Shown piece by piece: positions 36,603-46,147 of a stretch of 64,000 nt of DNA (positions are counted from its first letter, which is position 1; the number at the start of each line of letters is the position of its first letter). The notes beneath the pieces are model-generated. The model had not been told where the DNA came from. It made no database searches and worked only from the letters and a program-made list of their open reading frames with translations. Where the stretch lies: positions 66,131-130,130 of IMG/VR virus record IMGVR_UViG_3300033552_000001; one strand, written 5' to 3'. The DNA is from a virus. A program made the position numbers and the translations under genes.

Positions 36603-37013
36603 TTATTCAATATATTTAAATTGAAAAGCATTGGATTTCCATCCTGAAATACAAGATTGAGATATACTACCTTGTGGTATAAAGGTAAGACTACTTGCCT
36701 CACTGATTGAATTATAAACACAAATAAGTTTATCATTGTAATATTTAGCAACTGCTTTTTGTTTGTTACCTCCTGTTATTAAGGTAGTTACATTACCAAC
36801 ACATAAAGGTAATACAGAAGATTCAATATTTTTATTTTTTAATACTAATTGATAATTACTAATAATAGAAGAGTTTTTAAGAAGACCAATTCTAATATTT
36901 GTTTTAAATAGATTAAATTGCTTTTCTAAATATTCCCAATCATCACTGCTATCAATAAAATGACCTTCTAAATCATACACACCAATTTCATATTCTATCT
37001 TATTTATTTCCAT
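36603..37013 (-). CDS. Double NUMOD1-like DNA-binding protein, no nuclease domain (copy A)
   Basis: IGVYDLEGHFID... and VAKYYNDKLICVYNSISEASSLTFIPQGSISQSC...FQFKYIE. Confidence 0.65.
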   Translation of the reverse strand: MEINKIEYEIGVYDLEGHFIDSSDDWEYLEKQFNLFKTNIRIGLLKNSSIISNYQLVLKNKNIESSVLPLCVGNVTTLITGGNKQKAVAKYYNDKLICVYNSISEASSLTFIPQGSISQSCISGWKSNAFQFKYIE

Positions 37014-37276
37014 TTTCTTAATTTAAAAGTGTAATAATATTTTCTATCAAGATATTCTTTTTCCTTATCCCAATCTTCAAAATAATAAACAACTACTAAT
37101 TTGATTTTATTATCAGTTTCACCAATTTTCACATCTTGTATAATACTGCCAAAGTTCCATTCAGCAAAGTCTTTAGTTGCATACTCAATCAATTCTTCAT
37201 CTGTTGAAAAATAACCATCTAAATCAATTCTATCTCTATGACCATCTGATGATATTAAATATATTTCATTATCCAT
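37004..37276 (-). CDS. Hypothetical acidic protein
   Basis: Operon packing. Confidence 0.5.
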   Translation of the reverse strand: MDNEIYLISSDGHRDRIDLDGYFSTDEELIEYATKDFAEWNFGSIIQDVKIGETDNKIKLVVVYYFEDWDKEKEYLDRKYYYTFKLRKWK

Positions 37277-37291
37277 AATTTCTCATTTTAT

Positions 37292-37555
37292 TTAATCAAC
37301 TGTTGAGTTTTTGTAATACAAAGAAAATTGTTCATTTATTGTCAATCCTTTGTACCAATTGTTATAATCATTTTGGATATTAGCATCATCAAATTCATAA
37401 TATTTTCCATAACAATATCTCATACTGTTATTCATATCATAAAACTGTTCAAAAACATTTTTTATATCTTCTGATGCTAAATACTCACTTCTATTAAATA
37501 CAGAACTTACATCATTTGTATTTAAAGGAGAATAATAATTTATTTTGATTTGCAT
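37292..37555 (-). CDS. Hypothetical protein
   Basis: Operon packing. Confidence 0.5.
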   Translation of the reverse strand: MQIKINYYSPLNTNDVSSVFNRSEYLASEDIKNVFEQFYDMNNSMRYCYGKYYEFDDANIQNDYNNWYKGLTINEQFSLYYKNSTVD

Positions 37556-37731
37556 AATTTTATTTCAACTTCTAAAATTTCATATAAACTTTTATCATAC
37601 TTACCATTTTCTAAGAATTTATTAATAAAAAGTTCAAATGCAAAAGTTCTAGCATTTTGTAAATTATCAGTTTCTTCCCAAGAAAACATATCTATATATT
37701 TACTTGAATCCTTGTTTTTAATTACATACAT
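37540..37731 (-). CDS. Small protein, paralogue of 39226..39426
   Basis: MYVIKNKDSSKY...NLQNARTF...EILEVEI. Confidence 0.55.
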   Translation of the reverse strand: MYVIKNKDSSKYIDMFSWEETDNLQNARTFAFELFINKFLENGKYDKSLYEILEVEIKLCKSK

Positions 37732-37735
37732 ATCT

Positions 37736-37957
37736 TTATTCTATAATTTTCCATTGAACACTATCATCAATTAAATCTTCTAATTCTATTTGTAAATAGC
37801 TATTGCCACATTCATTATAACCTGTAAATCCATTTCTTAAAATATCTTTAATTTCACTTATTCCTTTTATTCTATGAATTCTGTTTACTATCAATAATGC
37901 TTTAGTTTCTACTAATAAATCAATAGCTTCTTTTCTATTTATTTCTTTTGTTTCCAT
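37736..37957 (-). CDS. Hypothetical protein
   Basis: Operon packing. Confidence 0.5.
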   Translation of the reverse strand: METKEINRKEAIDLLVETKALLIVNRIHRIKGISEIKDILRNGFTGYNECGNSYLQIELEDLIDDSVQWKIIE

Positions 37958-37958
37958 A

Positions 37959-38261
37959 TTATTTTATGTATTTGTATTCAATTATTGTTTTAGTATGGGG
38001 GAATACTTCTATTGCTGTTTGTTCTTTTAAGTTATCTCCACCATGTCTAAATTGAGTGTAATCTGTTTTAAAATGGACACCATCTAATAACCTTTGAAAA
38101 ATAATTTCTTTATCAACAAATCCTTTTTCAGAATCATAATCTGTTTGAACTTCTTTAACTAATTCATACAAACTATTATTTTCATCTAAAGACTCACAGT
38201 CAATTAACTCTAATTCTTCAAAAACGTCACTCATTAATATTGTTTCTCTTGTTTTTTTCAT
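37959..38261 (-). CDS. Conserved hypothetical phage protein
   Basis: C-terminal EVFPHTKTIIEY motif; ATGA-coupled to the primase gene. Confidence 0.55.
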   Translation of the reverse strand: MKKTRETILMSDVFEELELIDCESLDENNSLYELVKEVQTDYDSEKGFVDKEIIFQRLLDGVHFKTDYTQFRHGGDNLKEQTAIEVFPHTKTIIEYKYIK

Positions 38262-39229
38262 GATAATTTATTATTTATTACTTGTACAACATTTTCAATT
38301 TTATATTTCATTACAACATCTTTAATATCCTTTCCATATTTAAAAGGAACAAACTTTACAATAAACTTTATTTCTGGATATTTATTTAAATACTTGATAG
38401 TACATTGTCTGCCAGCTTCATCATTATCCATTAATAATATTATTTGAAATGATTCATTTAGTTTATAAAGTATTTCTTTTTTCAATAGAATTCCTTCATT
38501 TAATGTAGCTATTGCATTAAATTCTAATACATGTTTTAATATAAAAGCATCCATATTAGACTTTGTGATAATAATATAATCAGCTTGCCAGTCAATATTA
38601 TTATATTGTGGATAAATATCAGTGGTACAACTCCTAAATCTTTTTGACTTTTCTTCTAGTGGAAAATACAATTGATAATTAGGAATTCCATTTTCATTGT
38701 AGTTTAAAAAAGCAAATATATTTTTACAATTTTCCTTGACTAATTCTTTGTTGTAATAATATTTATTCACTTTATAAATACCTGCTTTTAATAATAATTC
38801 AACAGGACATTCAAAACCAGAAAATGTAAAAAAAGACAATTCTTCTTTTGTAATTTCACCACTTTTAATGTCTATAAGCTCAATAGCTTTCTTAAAATTA
38901 GAAATATTAGTATTTCTACCAGTGCCAACATAATTATGTCTTAAACTGTCATTAACAAACTTTAATAACGGAAAGAATTCTAAATTCTTATAATCTTTTC
39001 CCCATTTTATCCAATTATAATTAATGCCCTTAGAAAAGTCATTAAAATATAATTCATCAGCTACAACAAAGAATTTACAACCAGAATTAACATCTTTTCT
39101 TATTGGATTACTATATTTTTCAGAAAAAGATATTTTATAAGGAAATAAAAACTGAAATATAGTTTCTACTCCATATTTCAGTTCTAAATATTCTTTGGAT
39201 AATAATAAATCTTCTGTATTTATTGTCAT
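38258..39229 (-). CDS. crAss-type DNA primase (Toprim)
   Basis: YSNPIRKD...YFNDFS; IIITKSNMDA; LLMDNDEAG (DxD); KDIKD. Confidence 0.85.
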   Translation of the reverse strand: MTINTEDLLLSKEYLELKYGVETIFQFLFPYKISFSEKYSNPIRKDVNSGCKFFVVADELYFNDFSKGINYNWIKWGKDYKNLEFFPLLKFVNDSLRHNYVGTGRNTNISNFKKAIELIDIKSGEITKEELSFFTFSGFECPVELLLKAGIYKVNKYYYNKELVKENCKNIFAFLNYNENGIPNYQLYFPLEEKSKRFRSCTTDIYPQYNNIDWQADYIIITKSNMDAFILKHVLEFNAIATLNEGILLKKEILYKLNESFQIILLMDNDEAGRQCTIKYLNKYPEIKFIVKFVPFKYGKDIKDVVMKYKIENVVQVINNKLS

Positions 39230-39426
39230 TGTTTAATAGTTAAATTAATTTCTAATATTTCAGAATTAAGATAGTTTGCACTTCCATAAGTAGCCCAAGT
39301 CCAAGCACAAGAAGCTGATTGTTTATTTTTAAAAACTCTTGCTTTATTAATATCTTCAACTAAATTATGATTCCAATTTTTACCTCTTAAATATAATTTT
39401 GAATCCTTGTTTCTAATTACATACAT
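39226..39426 (-). CDS. Small protein, paralogue of 37540..37731
   Basis: MYVIRNKDSKLY...DINKARVF...EILEINL. Confidence 0.55.
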   Translation of the reverse strand: MYVIRNKDSKLYLRGKNWNHNLVEDINKARVFKNKQSASCAWTWATYGSANYLNSEILEINLTIKQ

Positions 39427-39447
39427 AATTTTAATTAAGTTTGATTA

Positions 39448-39807
39448 TTAATTAATTTTACCACATTTATCACCATTTATAAAAATATAATTTTCTAATA
39501 AAACCTGATAACTAATTAAATGTGCGTCACCAGCTAAAATTCCATCTTTCATTTTTTTAATAATCAATAATTCTGGAAAGATTACATTAATTGCACTAAG
39601 AGATTGTTCATGAATAATAACTTTACCAATTAAATTATCAGAATAATCTAATGGTTTTAATATTGGTTCTGTTTTTACTCTATAAGAATAATTTTCAAAA
39701 TTAAAACTAGGAACAGTACATAATACCCATTTACCATTATGAATAACTTCAATTTGTTTACCTTCTTTATATGCTTGAAGCACAATTATCATTTTTGACA
39801 TTTCCAT
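39448..39807 (-). CDS. Hypothetical protein (C-part similar to the C-terminus of 60396..61778)
   Basis: QAYKEGKQIE...PSFNFENYSYRVK...PLDYSDNLIGK; start moved to 39807 because 39818-39851 is a terminator. Confidence 0.55.
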   Translation of the reverse strand: MEMSKMIIVLQAYKEGKQIEVIHNGKWVLCTVPSFNFENYSYRVKTEPILKPLDYSDNLIGKVIIHEQSLSAINVIFPELLIIKKMKDGILAGDAHLISYQVLLENYIFINGDKCGKIN

Positions 39808-39817
39808 ATTTTTGCAT

Positions 39818-39851
39818 AAAAAAAGAATGAGAATTATTCCCATTCTTTTTT
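39818..39851 (-). terminator. Intrinsic terminator after the SSB gene
   Basis: AAAAAAGAATG.GAA...TTC.CATTCTTTTTT; G-U pair and U-tract fit the minus strand. Confidence 0.7.
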
Positions 39852-39868
39852 ATTTAAATTGTTAATTA

Positions 39869-40624
39869 CTAAAAAGGAAGTGCTGAAGTATCAAATTTCA
39901 TTTCAGGAATATCTCCCATTACAGGTGCTACTAACATTCCATCAGTACTACCATCAGTCTTTTTAAATACTACAATATCACCATAAGTTTTACCACCAAC
40001 TTGCTTTAATTCAGCAAATTTCAATTTACCTTCATTAAATCCTGGAGATTCAACAATAGGAAAATTACTTGACAAATTATAATATTGCTTTTCACCACTG
40101 TCTTTTTGATTGACAACTTTGAATGAAGCCTCTGGATTATAGTAATCAAGAGAAGGTACATTATTTAAAATATAGTCTCTAAACTTATCCATTGAATCCA
40201 AATCACTTACAATTGGAAACATAGGTTCAACTCCTTTCTTATCAGTACCAAAAATAGCATAAAAAGTATTTTGATAATTAGTTAATGCTCTTTTAGCATT
40301 TTCTAAATTCTTTTCATCTGTTGCATTTGGATTACCTCTAAAGAAGTCTTGCATAATTAATTTATACTCTTTTTCATTAAAAGAATCATCCTTTGAAAAA
40401 AGAATCAATTCAAACATTTTATAAGGATTCCCAGATGCTTTAGCTACACCTTCTTTAATATTAATAGATTTAAAACCACAGCCTTTGATAAATCCATTGA
40501 TGGTATTTACATTACTATCTTTATCAGTAGTAGAAGGAGGATATAATGCTGCAAGACCTGTTGGTGCATTTTGAGCTGAAGAAGCTGGTACAGAAATATC
40601 TGCTGTGTTTAATGAAATTGCCAT
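39869..40624 (-). CDS. Putative single-stranded DNA-binding protein
   Basis: Position in the replication cluster; OB-like beta segments; flexible acidic tail ending ...FDTSALPF, like the bacterial SSB LPF tip. Confidence 0.55.
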   Translation of the reverse strand: MAISLNTADISVPASSAQNAPTGLAALYPPSTTDKDSNVNTINGFIKGCGFKSINIKEGVAKASGNPYKMFELILFSKDDSFNEKEYKLIMQDFFRGNPNATDEKNLENAKRALTNYQNTFYAIFGTDKKGVEPMFPIVSDLDSMDKFRDYILNNVPSLDYYNPEASFKVVNQKDSGEKQYYNLSSNFPIVESPGFNEGKLKFAELKQVGGKTYGDIVVFKKTDGSTDGMLVAPVMGDIPEMKFDTSALPF

Positions 40625-40672
40625 GTTGTTTTTTATTTTTGTTTGTTATTATTTAATGTAAATTTACTAAAA

Positions 40673-41449
40673 TTACTGCACATATTCAGCATAAGCTGAT
40701 GAATTTTCTACCATATCTTCATCACCATTTAATAACTGATCAGTCAAACTATCAGTATAATTTAAAGCTGGTGCAGCATTCTCAAAGTTAATTACTAACT
40801 CTTGGGTAGTATTTGAAGTAGGAGTAATATGAGACTCTGTAATTGCCAATGGATATTGAACATTTAAAGGAGTTTCATTTTCAGAATTTGGGCTTACAAC
40901 ATCAGAAAACAAATCCAATTGTTGTTTAACACCAATTAATTCTAATGTCCAAACAGAAGTGATATTTGATTGCTGATAATTAGGAACATCTTCCAATTTA
41001 TAAGCAACAAAAGTTCCTGATAATTTCAACATTCCTTCTATTTGAGGGTGTTGTAAGATAAGTAAATCATGAATAGTTTGACCAGAAACAGTTTTAGCAT
41101 CTTTAAATCTTGGTGATTTAAGACCAATTTCATTAGATACACTCTTCACACCATCAATTTCAATTGAAGCTCTCTTACCCTTAAAGAAATCAACAGAAAG
41201 ACTATTTTCTGAAACTCCATCACCTTGGTGAAAAATAAAATATACTTCTTTGTCTGCATTTTCATAATACACACTAAGTTTATTATTCTGAATATCAGCA
41301 ACTGCTTTAAAATATTCTGAAAGAGTAATTGTTGTTGTTGCTTTTTCAACATCCACTGATAGTTGAAAATTAGGAGATCTTCTTAAATCTGCTGTATTAA
41401 GCACAATTGTTGGTTTAGCGTTTAAAGCTAAGGCATTTGATAAGTTCAT
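40673..41449 (-). CDS. Hypothetical replication-cluster protein with acidic disordered tail
   Basis: 258 aa, adjacent to the SSB gene. Confidence 0.6.
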   Translation of the reverse strand: MNLSNALALNAKPTIVLNTADLRRSPNFQLSVDVEKATTTITLSEYFKAVADIQNNKLSVYYENADKEVYFIFHQGDGVSENSLSVDFFKGKRASIEIDGVKSVSNEIGLKSPRFKDAKTVSGQTIHDLLILQHPQIEGMLKLSGTFVAYKLEDVPNYQQSNITSVWTLELIGVKQQLDLFSDVVSPNSENETPLNVQYPLAITESHITPTSNTTQELVINFENAAPALNYTDSLTDQLLNGDEDMVENSSAYAEYVQ

Positions 41450-41472
41450 AATGTTTGTTTTTTATTTTTAAA

Positions 41473-41718
41473 TTAATAATTTTCAATTTTAAATATTCTT
41501 GTTCCTGTTCCTTCTTTTCTTGTAATAAACTTTAAATTGTTTTTTCTACCATATACAGATGCATAAGTAGATACATTATTTGGTTTTGCAAATTCAAGAG
41601 GTACAAAAATACTATCACCAGAAATCATCTGGGCTAAAGGTAAATCACCATACTTATCTTGAGTTGGATCACCTTTTATTGGTGTAACAGCAATTCCTTT
41701 TTCTATGTTAAAATTCAT
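41473..41718 (-). CDS. Small DNA-binding-like protein (KY..LPL..M..GDSIF.P...G.RIF), copy B
   Basis: Start moved to 41718; paralogue of 41735..41977. Confidence 0.65.
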   Translation of the reverse strand: MNFNIEKGIAVTPIKGDPTQDKYGDLPLAQMISGDSIFVPLEFAKPNNVSTYASVYGRKNNLKFITRKEGTGTRIFKIENY

Positions 41719-41734
41719 ATTGTTTATTTTTAAA

Positions 41735-41977
41735 TTATTTATTTTCAATTTTAAATATTCTACATCCTCCTTCACATTTTCTAATAGTAAAATTTACATT
41801 ATTTCTCTTTTTGAAATTAGTCATGTAATTAGATATTGAATTTGCTGTTGTAAATTCAATAGGAATAAAAATACTATCTCCAACTATCATTTGAGCTAAT
41901 GGTATTTCATCATATTTACTACCTTCTAATGGTCTAATTTGAACAGGATTAATTCCTTTTTCTATGTTAAAATTCAT
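41735..41977 (-). CDS. Same family, copy A
   Basis: MNFNIEKGI...KYDEIPLAQMIVGDSIFIP...GCRIFKIEN. Confidence 0.65.
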   Translation of the reverse strand: MNFNIEKGINPVQIRPLEGSKYDEIPLAQMIVGDSIFIPIEFTTANSISNYMTNFKKRNNVNFTIRKCEGGCRIFKIENK

Positions 41978-42013
41978 GTTATTATTTGTTTTATTGTTTA
42001 TTTTTAAATTATA

Positions 42014-42670
42014 TTAATTTTCTACTGTGAAATCTGCATCAACTATTTTGATGATTTCACCTTTTTCATCTCTAACAATATTAGCTTCATCCATTCCATA
42101 AACATCAGCCATTTCTTCTGTTGAGTAAAATCCCATCATTAAATCAGAAGCTATTCTATCTGCTAATGCAGTGAAACATCTAGCCCACATTAAACTCTTT
42201 CCATAGGCAACCCAAACTGGTTTTGTAGTTAAACCTGCTTTTACAGCATCAGACCAGTAAAACTTATAAACTTCTGTCATACCATCTCTGATCATTTCAA
42301 TAGTAGTCCTTTTATCATTAGGTTTTAATTCATTACCTTTTACATCTACTTTTACAATAGGCCTTTCTTCAATACTACCATCAGAATATAAATAAACCTC
42401 ATCTTCTAATGTTCTCCAAGTAACACCAGCTCTTCTTAATACAGCTTGTTTTGCTTTTGCAGACAATGTAAGTTTCCCTTGAATAGAAATAATGTAATTA
42501 AATGAGGTCATAGGAGAAAATCCTAACTCATTTCCATAAATAGCTATACTTTTAGCTGTCGCTACCTTTTTAATATAAGTAGGTAATTGACCACTTTCAA
42601 TCATTTCTGCTAAGAATTGATCTGCTGAATCTGTGTATAAATTCATTTTTTGAATTCCTGTATTATCCAT
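42014..42670 (-). CDS. RecT/Red-beta-like single-strand annealing recombinase
   Basis: YGNELGFSPMTSFNYIISIQGKLTLSAK...FYWSDAVKAGL..KPVW..Y.KSLMWARCFT...GFYSTEEM. Confidence 0.75.
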   Translation of the reverse strand: MDNTGIQKMNLYTDSADQFLAEMIESGQLPTYIKKVATAKSIAIYGNELGFSPMTSFNYIISIQGKLTLSAKAKQAVLRRAGVTWRTLEDEVYLYSDGSIEERPIVKVDVKGNELKPNDKRTTIEMIRDGMTEVYKFYWSDAVKAGLTTKPVWVAYGKSLMWARCFTALADRIASDLMMGFYSTEEMADVYGMDEANIVRDEKGEIIKIVDADFTVEN

Positions 42671-42676
42671 GTTGTT

Positions 42677-43711
42677 TTAATTTAATTGTTTATATACTTC
42701 TTGTAATTCTTTTGTTTGTGTTGGCAATGGAAGTTCTTTGAAATAATTGATTTTTCCATTAAACAACAATGGTGTACTCATTTGATCCATTCCATCTCTG
42801 TGCTTTAATACAGTAAGCCATCTAAATTTATTTTTTAATGCTTCCATATTATAACCTTTATAATTTTTATCAAATGCTTTATAACGAGATGGGTTGAATA
42901 ATCCCAGAATAATCATAAAATCTCTCGCTATAATTAAATTATCAGCTAATTTTGAAATAGCAGGAAGTAATAAGTCAGGATTATTTTGAACATTTATTTC
43001 ATTGTCTCCACTCATCTGTTGTTGTTGGACTACAGCAACTATTGCATTAAATTTTTTGCAAAAATACTTAACTGCATATTCTGAAAACTTTCCCATTGAA
43101 GCATGAACAGTAGATACATCTGAATAATCATTTTTTTCTGGAACTGAAATTCCCAAATGGTCATGAACAATTATTACATTAGTATTATTATCAAAATATT
43201 CAAAATCAAAACTTTTAAATTTGTTGCCTGCATCATCTGTTAAAAAAGTTTCTTTCATTACCCCTAATGTATTCATTAACTTTTTTACTTCCATAAGGCA
43301 GCCCGTTGGGTTATATACATCATCTATTACTTTTATATCCTTTTTCATTTCTTCTATTACAGCATCAAATTCTTTTAAATGTAATCTAATACTATCTGTA
43401 ATTCCTTCATGAAACCCTCTAATTTGTAAATAAGTGACAGTTTCACCATACTTTTCATATAGTAAGTCACATTTAATAGTAGTCCAAAACTTTTCAGCAC
43501 TTTCTTCTAATGCAAAATAAATTATTTTTAAAGGTATACCATTCTTTTTACAATAAGAATAGGCATGATTTACAAACAAAAATTTAGCAAATTTAGTTTT
43601 GGCTGTTGAAGTTTGACCAGTAATACAGTAGAAATTTCCTCTAATTAAGCCAGGAATTGTTTCATATAATCGTGGAAATAATTCTTTAATACTGATAAAT
43701 TTGGTTTGCAT
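42677..43711 (-). CDS. dnaB: DnaB-like (SF4) replicative helicase, crAss type
   Basis: ITGQTSTAKT (deviant Walker A), YFALEES, IIVHDHL, VVQQQ, LADN..IARD..IILGLFNP, VLKHRDG, LLFNG. Confidence 0.85.
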   Translation of the reverse strand: MQTKFISIKELFPRLYETIPGLIRGNFYCITGQTSTAKTKFAKFLFVNHAYSYCKKNGIPLKIIYFALEESAEKFWTTIKCDLLYEKYGETVTYLQIRGFHEGITDSIRLHLKEFDAVIEEMKKDIKVIDDVYNPTGCLMEVKKLMNTLGVMKETFLTDDAGNKFKSFDFEYFDNNTNVIIVHDHLGISVPEKNDYSDVSTVHASMGKFSEYAVKYFCKKFNAIVAVVQQQQMSGDNEINVQNNPDLLLPAISKLADNLIIARDFMIILGLFNPSRYKAFDKNYKGYNMEALKNKFRWLTVLKHRDGMDQMSTPLLFNGKINYFKELPLPTQTKELQEVYKQLN

Positions 43712-43723
43712 TTTAATAATTGG

Positions 43724-44389
43724 TTAACTCCATGAATTATTTGACAATAAATCTTTTTTAAAATCTTTTTTTAATGTTTGATATTCATCTAAATACTTGT
43801 CCCATTTGGTTATTGCTGCATAATTAGGTTCTCCACCTATTTCATTACTGTCTACATCATAAATAGGACAATAATCAAATTTCTCTTTTGTCATAAAACA
43901 GAAGAAATCAAACTCTTCTTTATCACCTCCATTTAATACTTTGTTATAAAATACATTAGCATAGTGAATATGATTCACTGTTTTAGTTTGATGTCTTGTG
44001 CCATTACTGTCTGCCATAATAAAGTCAGGATATAATTTTAAAGCCATCTGATAAGCTGTATCTTGTTGAACAAAATAAAAATCAATAAATACAGCACTTA
44101 CTTTCAATTTAGAAAATTTAACATGATTTTCTTTTTTCTCTCTATCATTCCTTAAATCTTCAATTAAATCCTTGCTAATTAATTTATCAACAATGTCTTT
44201 ATATTGAATAGTATGAATAACACCACTAATAATGTATTTCTGAAAATCATTATTATAGTAAGAATTGGCTTTTCTATTTACTTCTTCATTAGTGTTTCTA
44301 TAATAAATAGTGAGAAGCATTCCTAATTCTTCAAAAGTCATTTTATTTTTTTCAAGGAAAATATAAACCTTTTCTAAGTCCATTAACAT
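43724..44389 (-). CDS. Putative replication initiator/helicase-loader-like protein
   Basis: Directly upstream of the DnaB-like gene, as in crAss-like phages; wHTH-like N-terminus, LKLYPDF motif. Confidence 0.4.
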   Translation of the reverse strand: MLMDLEKVYIFLEKNKMTFEELGMLLTIYYRNTNEEVNRKANSYYNNDFQKYIISGVIHTIQYKDIVDKLISKDLIEDLRNDREKKENHVKFSKLKVSAVFIDFYFVQQDTAYQMALKLYPDFIMADSNGTRHQTKTVNHIHYANVFYNKVLNGGDKEEFDFFCFMTKEKFDYCPIYDVDSNEIGGEPNYAAITKWDKYLDEYQTLKKDFKKDLLSNNSWS

Positions 44390-44390
44390 G

Positions 44391-45728
44391 TTATATTTGT
44401 TCTAAGTTATCTATCCAATCAACCAGTGTATTTTCTTGGGCTTTTTTAAGCCTTTTGAAATCTTTTGGTGTAATTACCATAGCATTTTCTGTGTATTCTT
44501 TACAATACAAATTTATAATAAAAGGATTTTTAGTACTACCTTCTTCCATTGACAGTGTTCTTGATATCTTTTGAATGTAGTCATTAGAAGTAGCATTATA
44601 ATTACTATTAATAGCATAACTAATACCAGATTCAGTAAAACCTCTTGATATTTTATTTACACTTGCAATTACATTTTTACTTTTATTTCTAAATAATTCA
44701 AGAATATTCTTTTCAACACTGTTTGAATGATAAGCAATAATATTTGTATTCATTAAAGCCAACTCATCACAAGTTTCTGTTCTTTTAGTAAATATAATAC
44801 CTCTTTCATTAACAAATTTGTTTACTATTTCATTCACTATTTTTACTTTATTCTCACTATTTTCAACTATTGCATCCATTTTAATCCTGTACAAATTATA
44901 ATTCTTTTTCCTGCCTAATAATACACCTGCATCCCAACCAGTAAATTTCATTAATACTTTCATCCAATCATCACCACTTCTTGCATCACTTCCTATTTTA
45001 ATAAACTGTTTTCCAAATGTAATAGTTGATATAGCATGTAAACAAGTGTCCCCTAATGGAAACATTTGTCTATATGGCATTAACAAAGCCTCTGATTTAG
45101 TATTTAATATGGTGTATTCTTTCTTTTCTTTATCAGATAATTCAACTCCTAAGTTGTATACATCAAATGAAGGAAGAGTACCTATTAAGACACCATCATT
45201 AATATCAATATCAAATATCACATCAAATCCTTTCTTTTCTAATAATTGTAAATTATCCCAACCAAATGTTCCAGATAAACACATTTTCCATCTTGATTTT
45301 AAATCTAAACATTTAGTCCATAATACACTCTTATTGGATGATACACCAAAATCAGCCTCATCATATATAATAGAGAGGAATTCCTCCTCCCTATTAAATC
45401 TAACAGAAAACACACCAGAATGGGTAGACAAAATAACATTATTAATTCCACATTCTTTTAAAAACTTTCCAAATTCTTCTTTAATAATTAGAGTTGGTAC
45501 AATTATCAAGTGATTACCTTCAAATCTTTTGTTTAAAGCTTCTAATAATAATTTAGTAACCCTGGTTTTCCCCATTCTAGGGGCTAATGCAGCAATTATC
45601 ATTTTATTACTTGTATTACTAACCAATGAAGAAAAAACTAAATTTTGAACATAGTCTCTTTTATCATTTAATTTAACAATACTTTTAATAAAAATCTTTT
45701 GTTCTTTACTTAGTCTTATTGTTTTCAT
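44391..45728 (-). CDS. Superfamily 2 helicase
   Basis: LAPRMGKT, IIYDEAD, LSGT, IIFTKR, VNKISRGFT, YIQKISRTL. Confidence 0.85.
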   Translation of the reverse strand: MKTIRLSKEQKIFIKSIVKLNDKRDYVQNLVFSSLVSNTSNKMIIAALAPRMGKTRVTKLLLEALNKRFEGNHLIIVPTLIIKEEFGKFLKECGINNVILSTHSGVFSVRFNREEEFLSIIYDEADFGVSSNKSVLWTKCLDLKSRWKMCLSGTFGWDNLQLLEKKGFDVIFDIDINDGVLIGTLPSFDVYNLGVELSDKEKKEYTILNTKSEALLMPYRQMFPLGDTCLHAISTITFGKQFIKIGSDARSGDDWMKVLMKFTGWDAGVLLGRKKNYNLYRIKMDAIVENSENKVKIVNEIVNKFVNERGIIFTKRTETCDELALMNTNIIAYHSNSVEKNILELFRNKSKNVIASVNKISRGFTESGISYAINSNYNATSNDYIQKISRTLSMEEGSTKNPFIINLYCKEYTENAMVITPKDFKRLKKAQENTLVDWIDNLEQI

Positions 45729-45946
45729 TTTTCCATTACAATTATAAAATCAGAACTATATTGAGTTTCATTATAAGACACTAAACTTACTAGTTTCCAA
45801 CCTTCTTTTGATTTTTGTAATATAATATTTTTTACTTCTCTACTGTTATCCAATTCTTCACAATAAACTTGTTTTTGTTTATTGTTATAAGAAAAAAACA
45901 TTATTGCTACTATTACTAACAATGTTAAAATTAATTTATTATTCAT
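45725..45946 (-). CDS. Small membrane-anchored protein
   Basis: N-terminal TM; C-terminal KEGWKLVS motif. Confidence 0.5.
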   Translation of the reverse strand: MNNKLILTLLVIVAIMFFSYNNKQKQVYCEELDNSREVKNIILQKSKEGWKLVSLVSYNETQYSSDFIIVMEK

Positions 45947-46147
45947 GTTTTCATTTAATTAACTTTGAAATTTATAACCTACTTTAATCTTGTCAATATC
46001 TTCTTTTTCTTTTTTCATTATTGAAGCATAATATAAACCACCATAAGATTCATATTGAACATTCTGCCACCAATTATTATATTTATAATAAGATTCTTCT
46101 AATATTTGAGTTACATAACAATCTACTAAATTCATGTTTTTATTTAA

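Noticed and set aside
39808-39843. Upstream extension (MGIILILFLCKN) of ORF 39448..39843
   Set aside because: It overlaps the terminator hairpin; the ATG at 39807 is more plausible
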